Positions 40,212 through 51,730 are shown, counted from the first letter of the stretch. The stretch: DNA of 64,000 nt from Macrostomum lignano (GCA_002269645.1 NIVC01001722.1:181922-245921); one strand, 5' to 3'. The notes: generated by a model from the letters alone, not told the origin. Translations and numbers: made by a program.

Positions 40212-40994
40212 GGTTAGGGGCGATTCTCTATGGGGTTAGGGGCGATTCTCTATGGGGTTAGGGGCGATTCTCTATGGGGTTAGGGGCGATTCTCTATGGG
40301 GTTAGGGGCGATTCTCTATGGGGTTAGGGGCGATTCTCTATGGGGTTAGGGGCGATTCTCTATGAGGTTAGGGGCGATTCTCTATGGGGTTAGGGCGATT
40401 CTCTATGGGGTTAGGGGCGATTCTCTATGGGGTTAGGGGCGATTCTCTATGGGGTTAGGGGCGATTCTCTATGAGGTTAGGGGCGATTCTCTATGAGGTT
40501 AGGGGCGATTCTCTATGGGGTTAGGGGCGATTCTCTATGGGGTTAGGGGCGATTCCCTATGGGGTTAGGGGCGATTCTCTATGGGGTTAGGGGCGATTCT
40601 CTATGGGGTTAGGGGCGATTCTCTATGGGGTTAGGGGCGATTCTCTATGGGGTTAGGGGCGATTCCCTATGGGGTTAGGGGCGATTCTCTATGGGGTTAG
40701 GGGCGATTCTCTATGAGGTTAGGGGCGATTCTCTATGGGGTTAGGGGCGATTGTCTATGGGGTTAGGGGCGATTCTCTATGGGGTTAGGGGCGATTGTCT
40801 ATGGGGTTAGGGGCGATTCTCTATGGGGTTAGGGGCGATTCTCTATGAGGTTAGGGGCGATTGTCTATGGGGTTAGGGGCGATTCTCTATGGGGTTAGGG
40901 GCGATTCTCTATGGGGTTAGGGGCGATTCTCTATGGGGTTAGGGGCGATTCTCTATGGGGTTAGGGGCGATTCTCTATGGGGTTAGGGGCGATT
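40212..40994. repeat. 22-bp minisatellite (GGGGTTAGGGGCGATTCTCTAT)n
   Basis: About 35 copies; each unit contains one TTAGGG and the GGCGATT core. Confidence 0.95.
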
Positions 40995-41078
40995 ATCAAG
41001 CAGAAAAGCGGTCAAAAAAAGAAAACGCCAACGGACTGCGAAATGCTATAGGCTGTTTTGTTCATAAAAGTACATCAA

Positions 41079-44000
41079 TCAGTTTTTCCTCATAGGCGGC
41101 TTCAGCGCCCAGTTCGGCGCCCCGTCAGGAGGCGGCCGCTGCGACCTGGAGCGCAGCGGATCCCGGATGCAGCGGCCCAGCTGCTGCTTCTGCTTGGTGG
41201 TGGCGCAGTTGTCCATGTAAACCTGGTCAAGCTGGCGTTTCAATCGTTTCACTTCGTCCGATTCCCAGGCGAGCTCGCGGACGCGCAGCTGGTCGGAGCC
41301 GCCGGAGCCGCACTCCTCGTCGGAGCTGGTGTAGTCCCGGGTGAGGATGACGCGGAACTTCTCCAGCTCGTCCGAGCTGAGGCTGGTGGCCACGAGTTCG
41401 AAGCTTTTCTGGCGTCGGTTCAGCTTCTGGAAGGTCGACGATGAGGATAAGAGGTTGGCGGAGAATGTGATTTGGGGACTCTGATGGGAGAATGGGATTT
41501 GGGGACTCTGATGGGAGAATGGGATTTGGGGATGCTGATGGGAGAATGGGATTTGGGATGCAGGTGGGAGCATGGGATTTGGGGTGCTGTTGGGACAATT
41601 TGATTTGAGGATTCAGGTGGGAGAATGGGATTTGGGGATGATTGTGGGAGAATGGGATTTGGGGATGCTTGTGGGAGAGTGGGATTTGAGGATTCTGGTG
41701 GGAGAATGGGATTTGGGGATGCTGATAAGAGAATGGGATTTGGGGATGCTGATGCGAGAATGGGATTTGGGGATGCTGATGGGAGAGTGGGATTTGAGGA
41801 TTCTAATGCGAGAATGGGATTTGGGGATGCTGATGGGAGAGTGGGATTTGAGGATTCTAATGCGAGAATGGGATTTTGGGATGCTTGTGGGAGAGTGGGA
41901 TTGAGGATTCTGGTGGGAGAATGGGATTTGGGGGATGCTGATAAGAGAATGGGATTTGGGGATGCTGATAAGAGAATGGGATTTGGGGATGCTTATGGGA
42001 GAGTGGGATTTGAGGATTCTAATGCGAGAATGGGATTTTGGGATGCTTGTGGGAAAGTGGGATTTGAGGATTCTGGTGGGAGAATGGGATTTGGGGATGC
42101 TTATGGGAGAGTGGGATTTGAGGATTCTAATGCGAGAATGGGATTTTGGGATGCTTGTGGGAAAGTGGGATTTGAGGATTCTGGTGGGAGAATGGGATTT
42201 GGGGATGCTGATAAGAGAATGGGATTTGGGGATGCTTATGGGAGAGTGGAATTTGAGGATTCTAATGCGAGAATGGGATTTTGGGATGCTTGTGGGAGAG
42301 TGGGATTTGAGGATTCTGGTGGGAGAATGGGATTTGGGGATGCTGATGGGAGAATGGGATTTGGGGATGCTTGTGGGAGAATGGGATTTGAGGATTCTGG
42401 TGGGAGAATGGGATTTGGGGATGCTGATGGGAGAATGAGTTTCTTCAAGGAATTTAGAATCTCGATTTGGACCGGATCATATTTATGGAGGAATGGAATG
42501 AGAAATGGTTTCGATACGGCAATTATCGGTACCTTACCATCCGGTTTTGAGTGGTAGTCACAAAGCTAATCAAATAATAATGTAAATTCTATACAATATG
42601 ACACTGCACTAAAGTAGAAGCGCCCCTAAAGAATCCCACGGGCCAAGTCTGCAGACTAGAAGTAGATTTTTAATCTGAACAGGCAGATAAGCAAGCAGTA
42701 TTGGACGATTGGCCAAATGGAATAACTCATTACTGTTAGGCGAAGCTTGCTGCGCATCTGCTTTCTAAAATCCCAGAAAATGTCAGTCAGCCGGCTAGTT
42801 TTAGGCAGTCCTGCGCGCAAAGATAACAGTTGCTTATTGTAAATCGGGGCGAATTGAATTTTTGATTTTAAACTTGCACTGCTGGAGCCAGAGAGGACGA
42901 TAAGTAGAATAGAATGCTTTTATTCCGACAAAATTTTGCTGGAGGTTAATAGACTAAGCAAGTGAGCAGTCTGATTACATTATGGCGCAGTTTGATCCGA
43001 ATCTGCTTCCCAAAGTCCCAGAAAATCTCCGACAGTCGGCCAGCCTTTGGCAGCCCTGCGAAGTTTAAACAATTCATCATAATAATTTGCATTATTAGCT
43101 ATGGTCTGCGTTGCTTAATTCGGGCAAGGGTGAAGAGTAAACAAGAGAGTGAACAGAAAAGTGAAGAGAGTGAATAGGAGAGTGAACAGAAAGGTGAATA
43201 GAATGAACAAGAGAGTGAACAGAAAGGTGAAGAGAGTGAACAAGAGAGTGAACAGAAAGGTGAAGAGAGTGAAGAGAGTGAACAGAAAGGTGAAGAGAGT
43301 GAACAGAGTGAACAGAAAGGTGAATAGAGTGAACAAGAGAGTGAACAGAAAGGTGAAGAGAGTGAAGAGAGTGAACAGAAAGGTGAAGAGAGTGAACAGA
43401 GTGAACAGAAGGTGAATAGAGTGAACAAGAGAGTGAACAGAAAGAAGAGAGTGAACAGAAAGGTGAATAGAATTAACAAGAGAGTGAACAGAAAGAAGAG
43501 AGTGAACATAAGGGTGAATAGAATGAACAAGAGAGTGAACAGAAAGAAAGAAGAGAGTGAACAGAAAGGTGAAGAGAGTGAATAAGAGAGTGAACAGAAA
43601 GGTGAATAGAGTGAACAAGAGTGAACAGAAAGAAGAGAGTGAACAAGAGAGTGAACAGAAAGGTGAAGAGAGTGAACAGAAAGGTGAATAGAGTGAACAA
43701 GAGTGAACAGAAAGAAGAGAGTGAACAAGAGAGTGAACAGAAAGGTGAAGAGAGTGAACAGAAAGGTGAATAGAGTGAACAAGAGTGAACAGAAAGAAGA
43801 GAGTGAACAAGAGAGTGAACAGAAAGGTGAAGAGAGTGAATAAGAGAGTGAACAGAAAGGTGAAGAGTGAACAGAAAAGTGAAGAGAGTGAACAAGAGAG
43901 TGAACAGAAAGGTGAAGAGTGAACAAGAGAGTGAACAGAAAGGTGAAGAGAGTGAACAGAAAAGTGAAGAGAGTGAACAAGAGAGTGAAGAGAGTGGTGA

Positions 44001-47000
44001 AGAGAGTGAAGATGAAGAAGTCCTCATTTTGGCTTTAAGCAGTTACAAAAAATTGCAAATACAAGCACAATGCAGCCCTTCTTGCCAATCCTAGTTGGAA
44101 ACAGGGATAAAATATACGACTAGAATTGGTCCCACGGTTGGCACACAGGAGAAGGAAAAGCATTGAAATCAAAATTACACTTAGGCGAAATTTAGTCCGA
44201 ATCTGCTTCCCAAAGTCTCTGAAAATCTCGCACATTCGACCGGCTTTTGGTAGCCCTGCGAAAAAAACGCATTTAGATGGAAGAGATACAGGCTTTGTTT
44301 CAATCGTTTTTTTTGCGCTTGCATTATTGATTCGAGAAGAGCGGTGGATGGTGTAAAAGATAATAAAGATGCGAAAATGTTACGAAATCGATCTATTGAT
44401 TTAGAGTAGGCTATGCTCAAATAAGTTAGGACAGTTGGATCCTATTCTAGGTCTATTCTCAAAGTAATAAAGGGTCTATTCTCAAAGTAATAAAGGGTCT
44501 ATTCTCAGTGGTAATCAAGGTCTACTCTCTTGATGATGAAGGGTCTATTCTCAGGTGTAATAAAGGTCTACTCTCTGGGTGATGAAGGGTCTATGCTCAA
44601 GGTGACGGAGGTCTATTCCCAAGGTGATAAAGGGTCTAGGCTCAAGGTGACGGAGGTCTATTCCCAAGGTGATGAGGGTCTAGGCTCAAGGTGACGGAGG
44701 TCTATTCCCAAGGTGATGAGGGTCTATTCTCAGGAATAATGAAGGATGGATTCTGGATGGTGATAGGGTGATTTTGCATAGACTAGATTCCAGAATTAAC
44801 TAAAAACTGGCAGATTTGAGCGCAAGGAAATCAGAAAATGCAGAAAATGCGATGTAAGTAATATAAATATTAAACTCGTTTCTTTGGCTTCAGCAAGTGT
44901 TTTTGGTATTTTTGTGCAAAATTTTTTATTGGAATGGAGTTGATAAATGCCAAAATTTGAAACGCAGGCATTGGTAGATTAAAACTATGCTTTCCGAAGA
45001 ATAATATATCCCTTACTAAGCCGCGATATTTGTCGTGCACTTGTCGCTTAAAGTCGCTAAAAATGACGGACAGTCTGCCAGACTTGGGCAGGTCTACAAT
45101 ATAGCGCAGAGTTTTTATGGGCACAAATGCAAGCAAGCTACTGAAAGTAGTACAATTTAGCGGCACTATTGCCTGCTGATTTGGAATGGAAACGTCTGAA
45201 ACAAACAGCTACAGTAGAGCTGGGGCTATCCTATTAACTATAGCGAGAACATAACTCACAAGCTGCTTAAACTTGCATCTGGCCTTCAGAGCAAAATCGG
45301 AAAACATGTACAGAATACGACCGCGACAAGGAATCCCTGAAACACAGACGGAGTCAATAATCTCTGAAAACAGTGCAGAGTATATACTGCTCTTGACCAG
45401 CTGTGCTAGAACGACACCATGCTCGTTGGAAACGGCGCTTTTCTTTGGTTCAAAGAATTATTTCCTGGATTACTAAGCACTAAATAACTTACAGACAGTC
45501 TCATTTTCAAACGACTTGCGGAGCGAAAATTTTGAAATATATACAGCAGCCTACACGAGGTGGGGATTCCTTCGGATGGAGGGCGGCGACCGCGATTATT
45601 TTTTTATATCGAGATTTATATGTGCAGAGATAAGAAAGTCGCAAGTGCTTTGTGACCCGGCAGTAGTAGACTATTACTAGCAGTAGGTAGTCTCGGGTTT
45701 AACTTAAAAAGACAGACTCACGCTAATCCGATATTTGGCCCGAATTTTGGTGCCAAAATTGGAGTGCAAATAGTTAATCCGACTGTCCTTAGGGAGGTCT
45801 GCAATCGATGCCAGTAAAATCAATAAAATCAATCACGCTTCGGTAGGAGTAAAGAGCGAGGGCCAAGGAAGGAAAACATCGCAAGCTGCTGAGGCGCTAA
45901 GAAATTTGAAAGATGCCTACTTAAACTTAGTAGTATATATGAAATTGCACGTATTTATCAATCTTACAAAGCTTCTAAACCGGAAGCGCATTTTCCGGCG
46001 CAAATCGATAAATAGGAAGATAGTGCGCGATGCGTAGGGCAGCTCTGAAATCTAGTGTTTTATGGTGCTGCTTTGGGGCCGGAATCTGCCGCTAAGGTAG
46101 ACAGGCCTAATTGCCTACTGAAAACGTCGCTAGAGATCAATTTACGGAGTTCAGACAGACGAAGCACTGAACAGGTGATTTTCGTTTATAAGTTTATTAA
46201 CTTCGATCTAAACTACAGATACTAGAATAACTAGATGGACCACTCAGCACATTTGCGTGTAAGCTACTTGCAGTTCAGTATAAAGTTATACAGAAGCATT
46301 TTAATGTATTTTTCAAGACAAGGCTCATTTATTTTCTATGAAACACTAAAACCTACCCCAAGCTGCCAAGTACATTTCAGTGGGGTGTTGGCCAATGTAC
46401 AATACGACTGAACCAATTAGCAAGTTGTTTACGTCTGCAAGCTTTGTTTGTTTGTTTGGCTTCTAAACTTATCAAAGTCATTTGAGCTTATGTTTTCTTC
46501 TTTGCTACTGAACTGGAAGTAGAAAGCTGTTTTACTAAATAAATATTCACAAGTGGCCCCATCTAGTTATTTTAGTATTTTGTGCACTAAACAGAGTAAT
46601 GATCTTGATTAGACCTCAATACAGAGTTCCATTGCATCGAGATTCACCCCTAGAATCCTAAGCATCCCTTGACAGGAACGGATCCCGAGACTTCTACCCT
46701 CACAACCAAGCTAATAGCTTGCTAAAACAAAGAAAAACAAGAGAGCCACAACACCAAAAAACCATGACAGCTGCTCATCCTGTCTTACTGTCTCTCTGTA
46801 CTTGGCCCTAAGCGCGCTGCGTATGTGACAAAACACCCTGTCAGGCCGGGATTTGTACGGCAAATCTGTAAGCATTAAATATTTTGTTAAATAATAATTC
46901 CTAGCCTCTAATCAGCATTTAGCCGGAACCAAATTAGACGAAATGGATTAGAAACGTCACAAGAGCACCTATTGATTAAATTGAACAGAAGAGACCGGAT

Positions 47001-50000
47001 TGACTAAATCAAACCAACTTGGGTCTCACATTAAGTTTCAAAGCGTGCCTAGACTCGAAGCGCATTTTAGAGAATGCTGTTGAGATTCGAAATTCGCTTC
47101 GCAGTCCTGAAATTGAACAGGTCTGAACTATGCCGCTCTGCCTTGTTTCAAATTCACTTTTTCTCATTGCTCTGCACTTGTTGGAAGGAGAAACCGCCAT
47201 TTGCCGGCTAATCCCAACTTACTAGCGCTTTGAAACGCTTTTTAGCGTCGGTTCTAAACGAAATGAAAATCATTGAGATCCGCGCCTCTTTCGGCAGCCC
47301 TGCAAACGCGCGCAATTGTTAAGGCGGGGCATTGAGCTTAAACAAATAGGGGAGATCTGAACTCGGCTTTCACAGGCCTGGAAACGGCTTTGCTTCATTT
47401 CTGTTATCATTTAAACAGAAAATATTTAATACTACTGTAAAAATGCGACATCTACTACTTACGCAAAGTTTAAGTCGCGTTCTGGCGTTTAGTTTAAACG
47501 ACTTGAATATAAAGTTAATTCGGCCATCTTTAGGCAGCCCTGGAAATCGGCCAATCGGTTGTTGCCTCTTGTATATTAACTAAGAAGAGATATTTGCATC
47601 TGGAAACGCTGCATGCAGCTCAGTGGACTCAAGCTCAAGGCGAATAATAGGGAAGCCAGAACTGTTAAAGTTTGCTCCTTCAGTTAAGCAAGAGTATATA
47701 TCCCTATCCGTTGTCCCATCAACACTTACACACAGTTTAAGCCGGGCTCTGGCATTCCGTCTAAAGGACAGAAATATAAAATTTATTCGGCCCTCTTTTG
47801 GCAGACCTAAAAAAACAGATTGCATACGAATAAATTGGATTCTCTTGGCCCAGCAGCTGACATTTTTGTCAGTGTCAATTGACTTGACCGGAGAATCTGG
47901 AAACGCTGCAGCTAAAGTTTAAGCATTCGAATCCATAGCAGCCGGAGTCAGACTGGAGGCGACACGCAATGACACATAACTTGATAAATACTATTAGTCG
48001 CAGCACTTACAGAAGTTTTCAATCTAAGCCGCATATCGCGACGGAATTCAGCGAACATGGCGACAGTACGCCTTAGCAGTTCTACAATTTTTTTTCAATA
48101 ATTTAAATATAATAACAGTGCACAAATATCCTTTTAATACTACTATCCAGCGGCCTAGTTAGTAGCAGATGCACATAGTGTACTATAAAATGTCAGATCT
48201 ATAAAAAAACTGGGTATAAACAGCTGACAAGGGCAGAATAGCGGGACGTTACCAATTGGTGAAGAAAGACAGCAGTCAGAACCCCATTTTTATTGAAAAT
48301 AATAGTTAATTAGGTAATTAATTCATACGCGACTTACAATTGATGGCAGCAATTTTATTGCCATTACTCAACAATTTATTGCTGAATATAATATATAAAA
48401 ACAAATTATAATATTATTTAAAATTGAGTGCATTGCTTCGAAAGGTGAAAGATAGTGTTTTAAAATTATAAATGAAATTATTGCCTCTGAATTATATGTC
48501 ATATTTAGTAAATTTTAACATAGATAATTTAATTTGCTCAAGCCAAAGAACTTGCGACGTTTCCAGACCAAGTAGGCAAGGAGAAAAAGTGACACATTTG
48601 GAATTACACAAGCTGCTTATATAATAATTATTAACAGTGCTTGTACTTGCTATCAGTAGTAGTATGCAGAGAATATTGTTTCAAATGCACAAATTCGCAA
48701 GCAAGATATTCAACTAGTTAGTAGGCTTAAGGGAGGCGACCAACAAAGAGTTAAATTTATTGATTTTTTGGTGCACCAATATCTCAGCTTTGCATCCCTG
48801 TCAACTTAATAAGCACCAATTCTTGTTAAATGCATCATATACACAATATTATCATTCCGTGTTAGACAGAACCTTCGTATTTATCCAGCTATAAAGATAA
48901 TTGATTTTCAATATCAAGCCGCCAATCTCAAGCCTACACTAATATGCTCAATACTACGGTAGCTAACAGCTGCACATTAAGTGCCAAAAAATGCCAAACT
49001 CACTCTGCCAGACGTCGTCCGGCCAGCCTTTGCCTTCGGCCATCTCTTTAGCCTTAGCCATGACCATGGCGGCAACTTGTTGGTTGGGCTCCGCGGAGAA
49101 GCTAAGCGAGAGGACAAGTGGGAATCGAGAGGAGCAGGAATTAGCCAATTTAATGCAGCCATACATTATTAATAAAGAATGGGGACGGCAACTCACTGAA
49201 GGATTTGGGGATGGGGACGGCAACCCACTGAAGGATTTGGGGATGGGGACGGCAACCCACTGAAGGATTTGGGGACGGGGAGGGCAACCCACTGAAGGAT
49301 TTGGGGATGGGGAGGGCAACCCACTGAAGGATTTGGGGATGGGGAGGGCAACCCACTGAAGGATTTGGGGATGGGGAGGGCAACCCACTGAAGGATTTGG
49401 GGACGGGGAGGGCAACCCACTGAAGGATTTGGGGATGGGGAGGGCAACCCACTGAAGGATTTGGGGATGGGGAGGGCAACCCACTGAAGGATTTGGGGAT
49501 GGGGAGGGCAACCCACTGAAGGATTTTGGGGATGGGGACGGCAACCCACTGAAGGATTTTGGGGATGGGGACGGCAACCCACTGAAGGACTCCGCATTCA
49601 AGCTTTACTTACGGCATGCTAAAATCGAATAGGTGAGGTCCGTTTCCTTTAAGCATTTTGTAGGCTCGTCGCATGATAGTCTTGCACTCGGGGGGCACGT
49701 CGCCGCCGCTTCCGCCGCCGCCGCCGCCGCTGCTGCCGAAGCCGCTGACGCCGGCTCCGGAATAATCGGCGGACAAGTCGAGTCGAGGAATTTTGGCATA
49801 GGGGAATCCGGCGCTAAGACTGTCGTCGTTCAGCTCCTCCGTGATGATGCAATCGTCTTCCTCCTCTTCGTCGGCTTCGTAATCGTCGCCTTCCACCTGT
49901 GATTCGACATACATAACGGCTGCGTTTTAGACACAACATTAATGTGCTCGGGCGATCAAATGACCTTGAGTAATAGCAGAGTCAAATGACCTTGAGTGAT

Positions 50001-50944
50001 AGCAGAGTCAAATGACCTTGAGTGATAGCAGAGTCAAATGACCTCGAGTGATAGCAGAGTCAAATGACCTCGAGTGATAGCAGAGTCAAATGACCTTCAG
50101 TGATAGCAGAGTCAAATGACCTTCAGTGATAGCAGAGTCAAATGACCTCGAGTGATAGCAGAGTCAAATGACCTTCAGTGATAGCAGAGTCAAATGACCT
50201 TGAGTGATAGCAGAGTCAAATGACCTCGAGTGATAGCAGAGTCAAATGACCTCGAGTGATAGCAGAGTCAAATGACCTTGAGTGATAGCAGAGTCAAATG
50301 ACCTTGAGTGATAGCAGAGTCAAATGACCTTGAGTGATAGCAGAGTCAAATGACCTTGAGTGATAGCAGAGTCAAATGACCTTCGGTGATAGCAGAGTCA
50401 AATGACCTTCAGTGATAGCAGAGTCAAATGACCTTCGGTGATAGCAGATTAAAATGACCTTCAGTGACGGTGGCAACACAGTTTTAAAACGACTAACCTT
50501 AATGGCGCCAAGCGCCGCGCCCAGCACGCTACTGGCGCCCATGTCGCCAAGTACAGACGCTTTCTCTTCCTTAGTTGAAGCATTGGCGCCGCCAGACAAA
50601 GACGAGGCGGCAGTTGATTCGCGATGCAGCTGCTGATGCTGCGATGGCGGCGGCTGTTGCTGCTGGTGCTGCTGCTCTCCGGACACGCTGGCGACAAGGC
50701 CGGCGGCTTCTAGCTCGGCGAGCCGGTCGCTTCGATCGAATGCCCGACAATACCTGGGCTCCATGGAGTGAACCACGTGAGTGTGCAGATTGCCGATGAT
50801 TTTCAGTGCAGAGAACAGTTCGCGCTCGGCCATGGACTCTACGAGCATTTGCGCGTTAGTGATGGTGGATTCGAACAGGGTGAGAGGCGAGAAACTGTTG
50901 CCAGGCGGCAGCAGGCTCGAGTGCGGGCTGAGTACGTCTGCCAT
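41079..50944 (-). CDS. C14orf93/RTFC-like nuclear protein, paralogue B, with a variable cassette exon
   Basis: Exons 50498-50944, 49613-49896 (CKTIMRRAYKMLKGNGPHLFDFSMP), 49004-49101 (PFSAEPNQQVAAMV...DDVWQ), one cassette from 42734-48081, and 41079-41426 (KLNRRQKSF...RDYTSSDEE...LRVRELAWES...RQLD...RPPP). All junctions are GT-AG and in frame (417 aa by the direct path). The motifs parallel recalled human C14orf93 segments (KLRSRR, EELMSDEED, HLD, SDRLP). Confidence 0.7.
41455..42437. repeat. ~28-30-bp G-rich intronic minisatellite (GGGATTTGGGGATGCTGATGGGAGAAT variants)
   Basis: In the last intron of paralogue B; generates several spurious long ORFs. Confidence 0.9.
43130..44025. repeat. Purine-rich compound minisatellite (GAGTGAACAGAAAGGTGAAGA/GAGTGAACAAGA)
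   Basis: Inserted between cassette exons 44179-44255 and 42979-43055. Confidence 0.9.
44440..44735. repeat. Degenerate tandem repeat (GGGTCTATTCTCAAGGTGAT variants)
   Basis: Intronic, between cassettes 45017-45093 and 44179-44255. Confidence 0.75.
48551..48569 (-). promoter_or_regulatory. Putative RNA docking site for mutually exclusive splicing (pre-mRNA GGUCUGGAAACGUCGCAAG)
   Basis: Lies between the upstream constitutive exon (ends 49004) and the first cassette. It is complementary to motifs at 47896, 47599, 47377, 46949, 46118, 45872, 45633, 45427 and 45187, each 60-94 nt upstream of a cassette acceptor. Confidence 0.75.
49197..49590. repeat. 32-bp intronic minisatellite (CCACTGAAGGATTTGGGGATGGGGAGGGCAAC)n
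   Basis: About 12 copies in the paralogue B intron 49102-49612. Confidence 0.95.
49960..50460. repeat. 26-bp intronic minisatellite (GTCAAATGACCTTGAGTGATAGCAGA)n
   Basis: About 19 copies in paralogue B intron 1. Confidence 0.95.
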
Positions 50945-51004
50945 TCCGGAGCGGCGGGCATGAACGGAACAGTAATGGATGACTTAATTAGTGACGAGTT
51001 CAAG

Positions 51005-51730
51005 TGAACCTGTAAATCCCATAATTCAACCTTTAACTCCCTAAATCAAACCTGTAAATCCCTAAATTGAACCTGTAAATCCCATAATTCAACCTGCAAC
51101 TCCCTAAATCAAACCTGTAAATCTCTAAATCGAAGCTATAAATCCCATAATTCAACCTGCAACTCCCTAAATCAAACCTGTAAATCTCTAAATCGAAGCT
51201 ATAAATCCCATAATTCAACCTGCAACTCCCTAAATCGAACCTGTAAATCCCTAAATCGAACCTGTAAATCCCTAAATCGAACCTGTAAATCCCTAAATTG
51301 AACCTGTAAATCCCTAAATTGAACCTAAAACTCCCTAAATTGAACCCGTAAATCCCTAAATTGAACTTGTAAATCCCTAAATTGAACTTGTAAATCCCTA
51401 AATTGAACCTGTAAATCCCTAAATTGAACTTGTGAATCCCTAAATTGAACTTGTGAATCCCTAAATTGAACCTGTTAATCCCATAATTCAACCTGCAACT
51501 CCCTAAATCGAACCTGTAAATCCCTAAATCGAACCTGTAAATCCCTAAATTGAATTTGTAAATCCCTAAATTGAACCTAAAACTCCCTAAATTGAACCTA
51601 AAACTCCCTAAATTGAACCTGTTAATCCCTAAATTGAAATCCCATAATTCAACCTGCAACTACCATAATCCAGGCTGTAAATACCATAACTGAACCTGTA
51701 AGTCATAATTGAACCTGTAACTACCTGGTA
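51005..51730. repeat. 21-bp minisatellite (AACCTGTAAATCCCTAAATTG)n
   Basis: Directly upstream of the paralogue B ATG. Confidence 0.9.

Larger units (their letters stand above)
42734..48081 (-). other. Array of 14 homologous putative mutually exclusive cassette exons (phase 1 to 0)
   Basis: 48011-48081 (71 nt), then 77-nt exons at 47730-47806, 47463-47539, 47223-47299, 47030-47106, 46789-46865, 45968-46044, 45722-45798, 45493-45569, 45260-45336, 45017-45093, 44179-44255, 42979-43055 and 42734-42810. Each has an AG acceptor, a GT(A/G)A donor and an open frame, with consensus LPKxxR(I/L)xxxFxxFxxxxRxKxRxx. Confidence 0.88.

Noticed and set aside
40212-40994. Interstitial telomere
   Set aside because: There is only one TTAGGG per 22-bp unit, not tandem hexamers.
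41572-42557. Long ORFs (310, 167 and 110 aa) in the G-rich repeat
   Set aside because: They are translations of an intronic minisatellite antisense to paralogue B. The same applies to ORFs at 43099-44027, 48963-49601, 51033-51659, 18081-18566 and 6885-7118.
45840-46170. Additional AG...GT segments (60 nt near 45840-45897; 48 nt at 46119-46166) as cassettes
   Set aside because: Wrong length and phase, no consensus, and they overlap selector motifs, so they are intronic.
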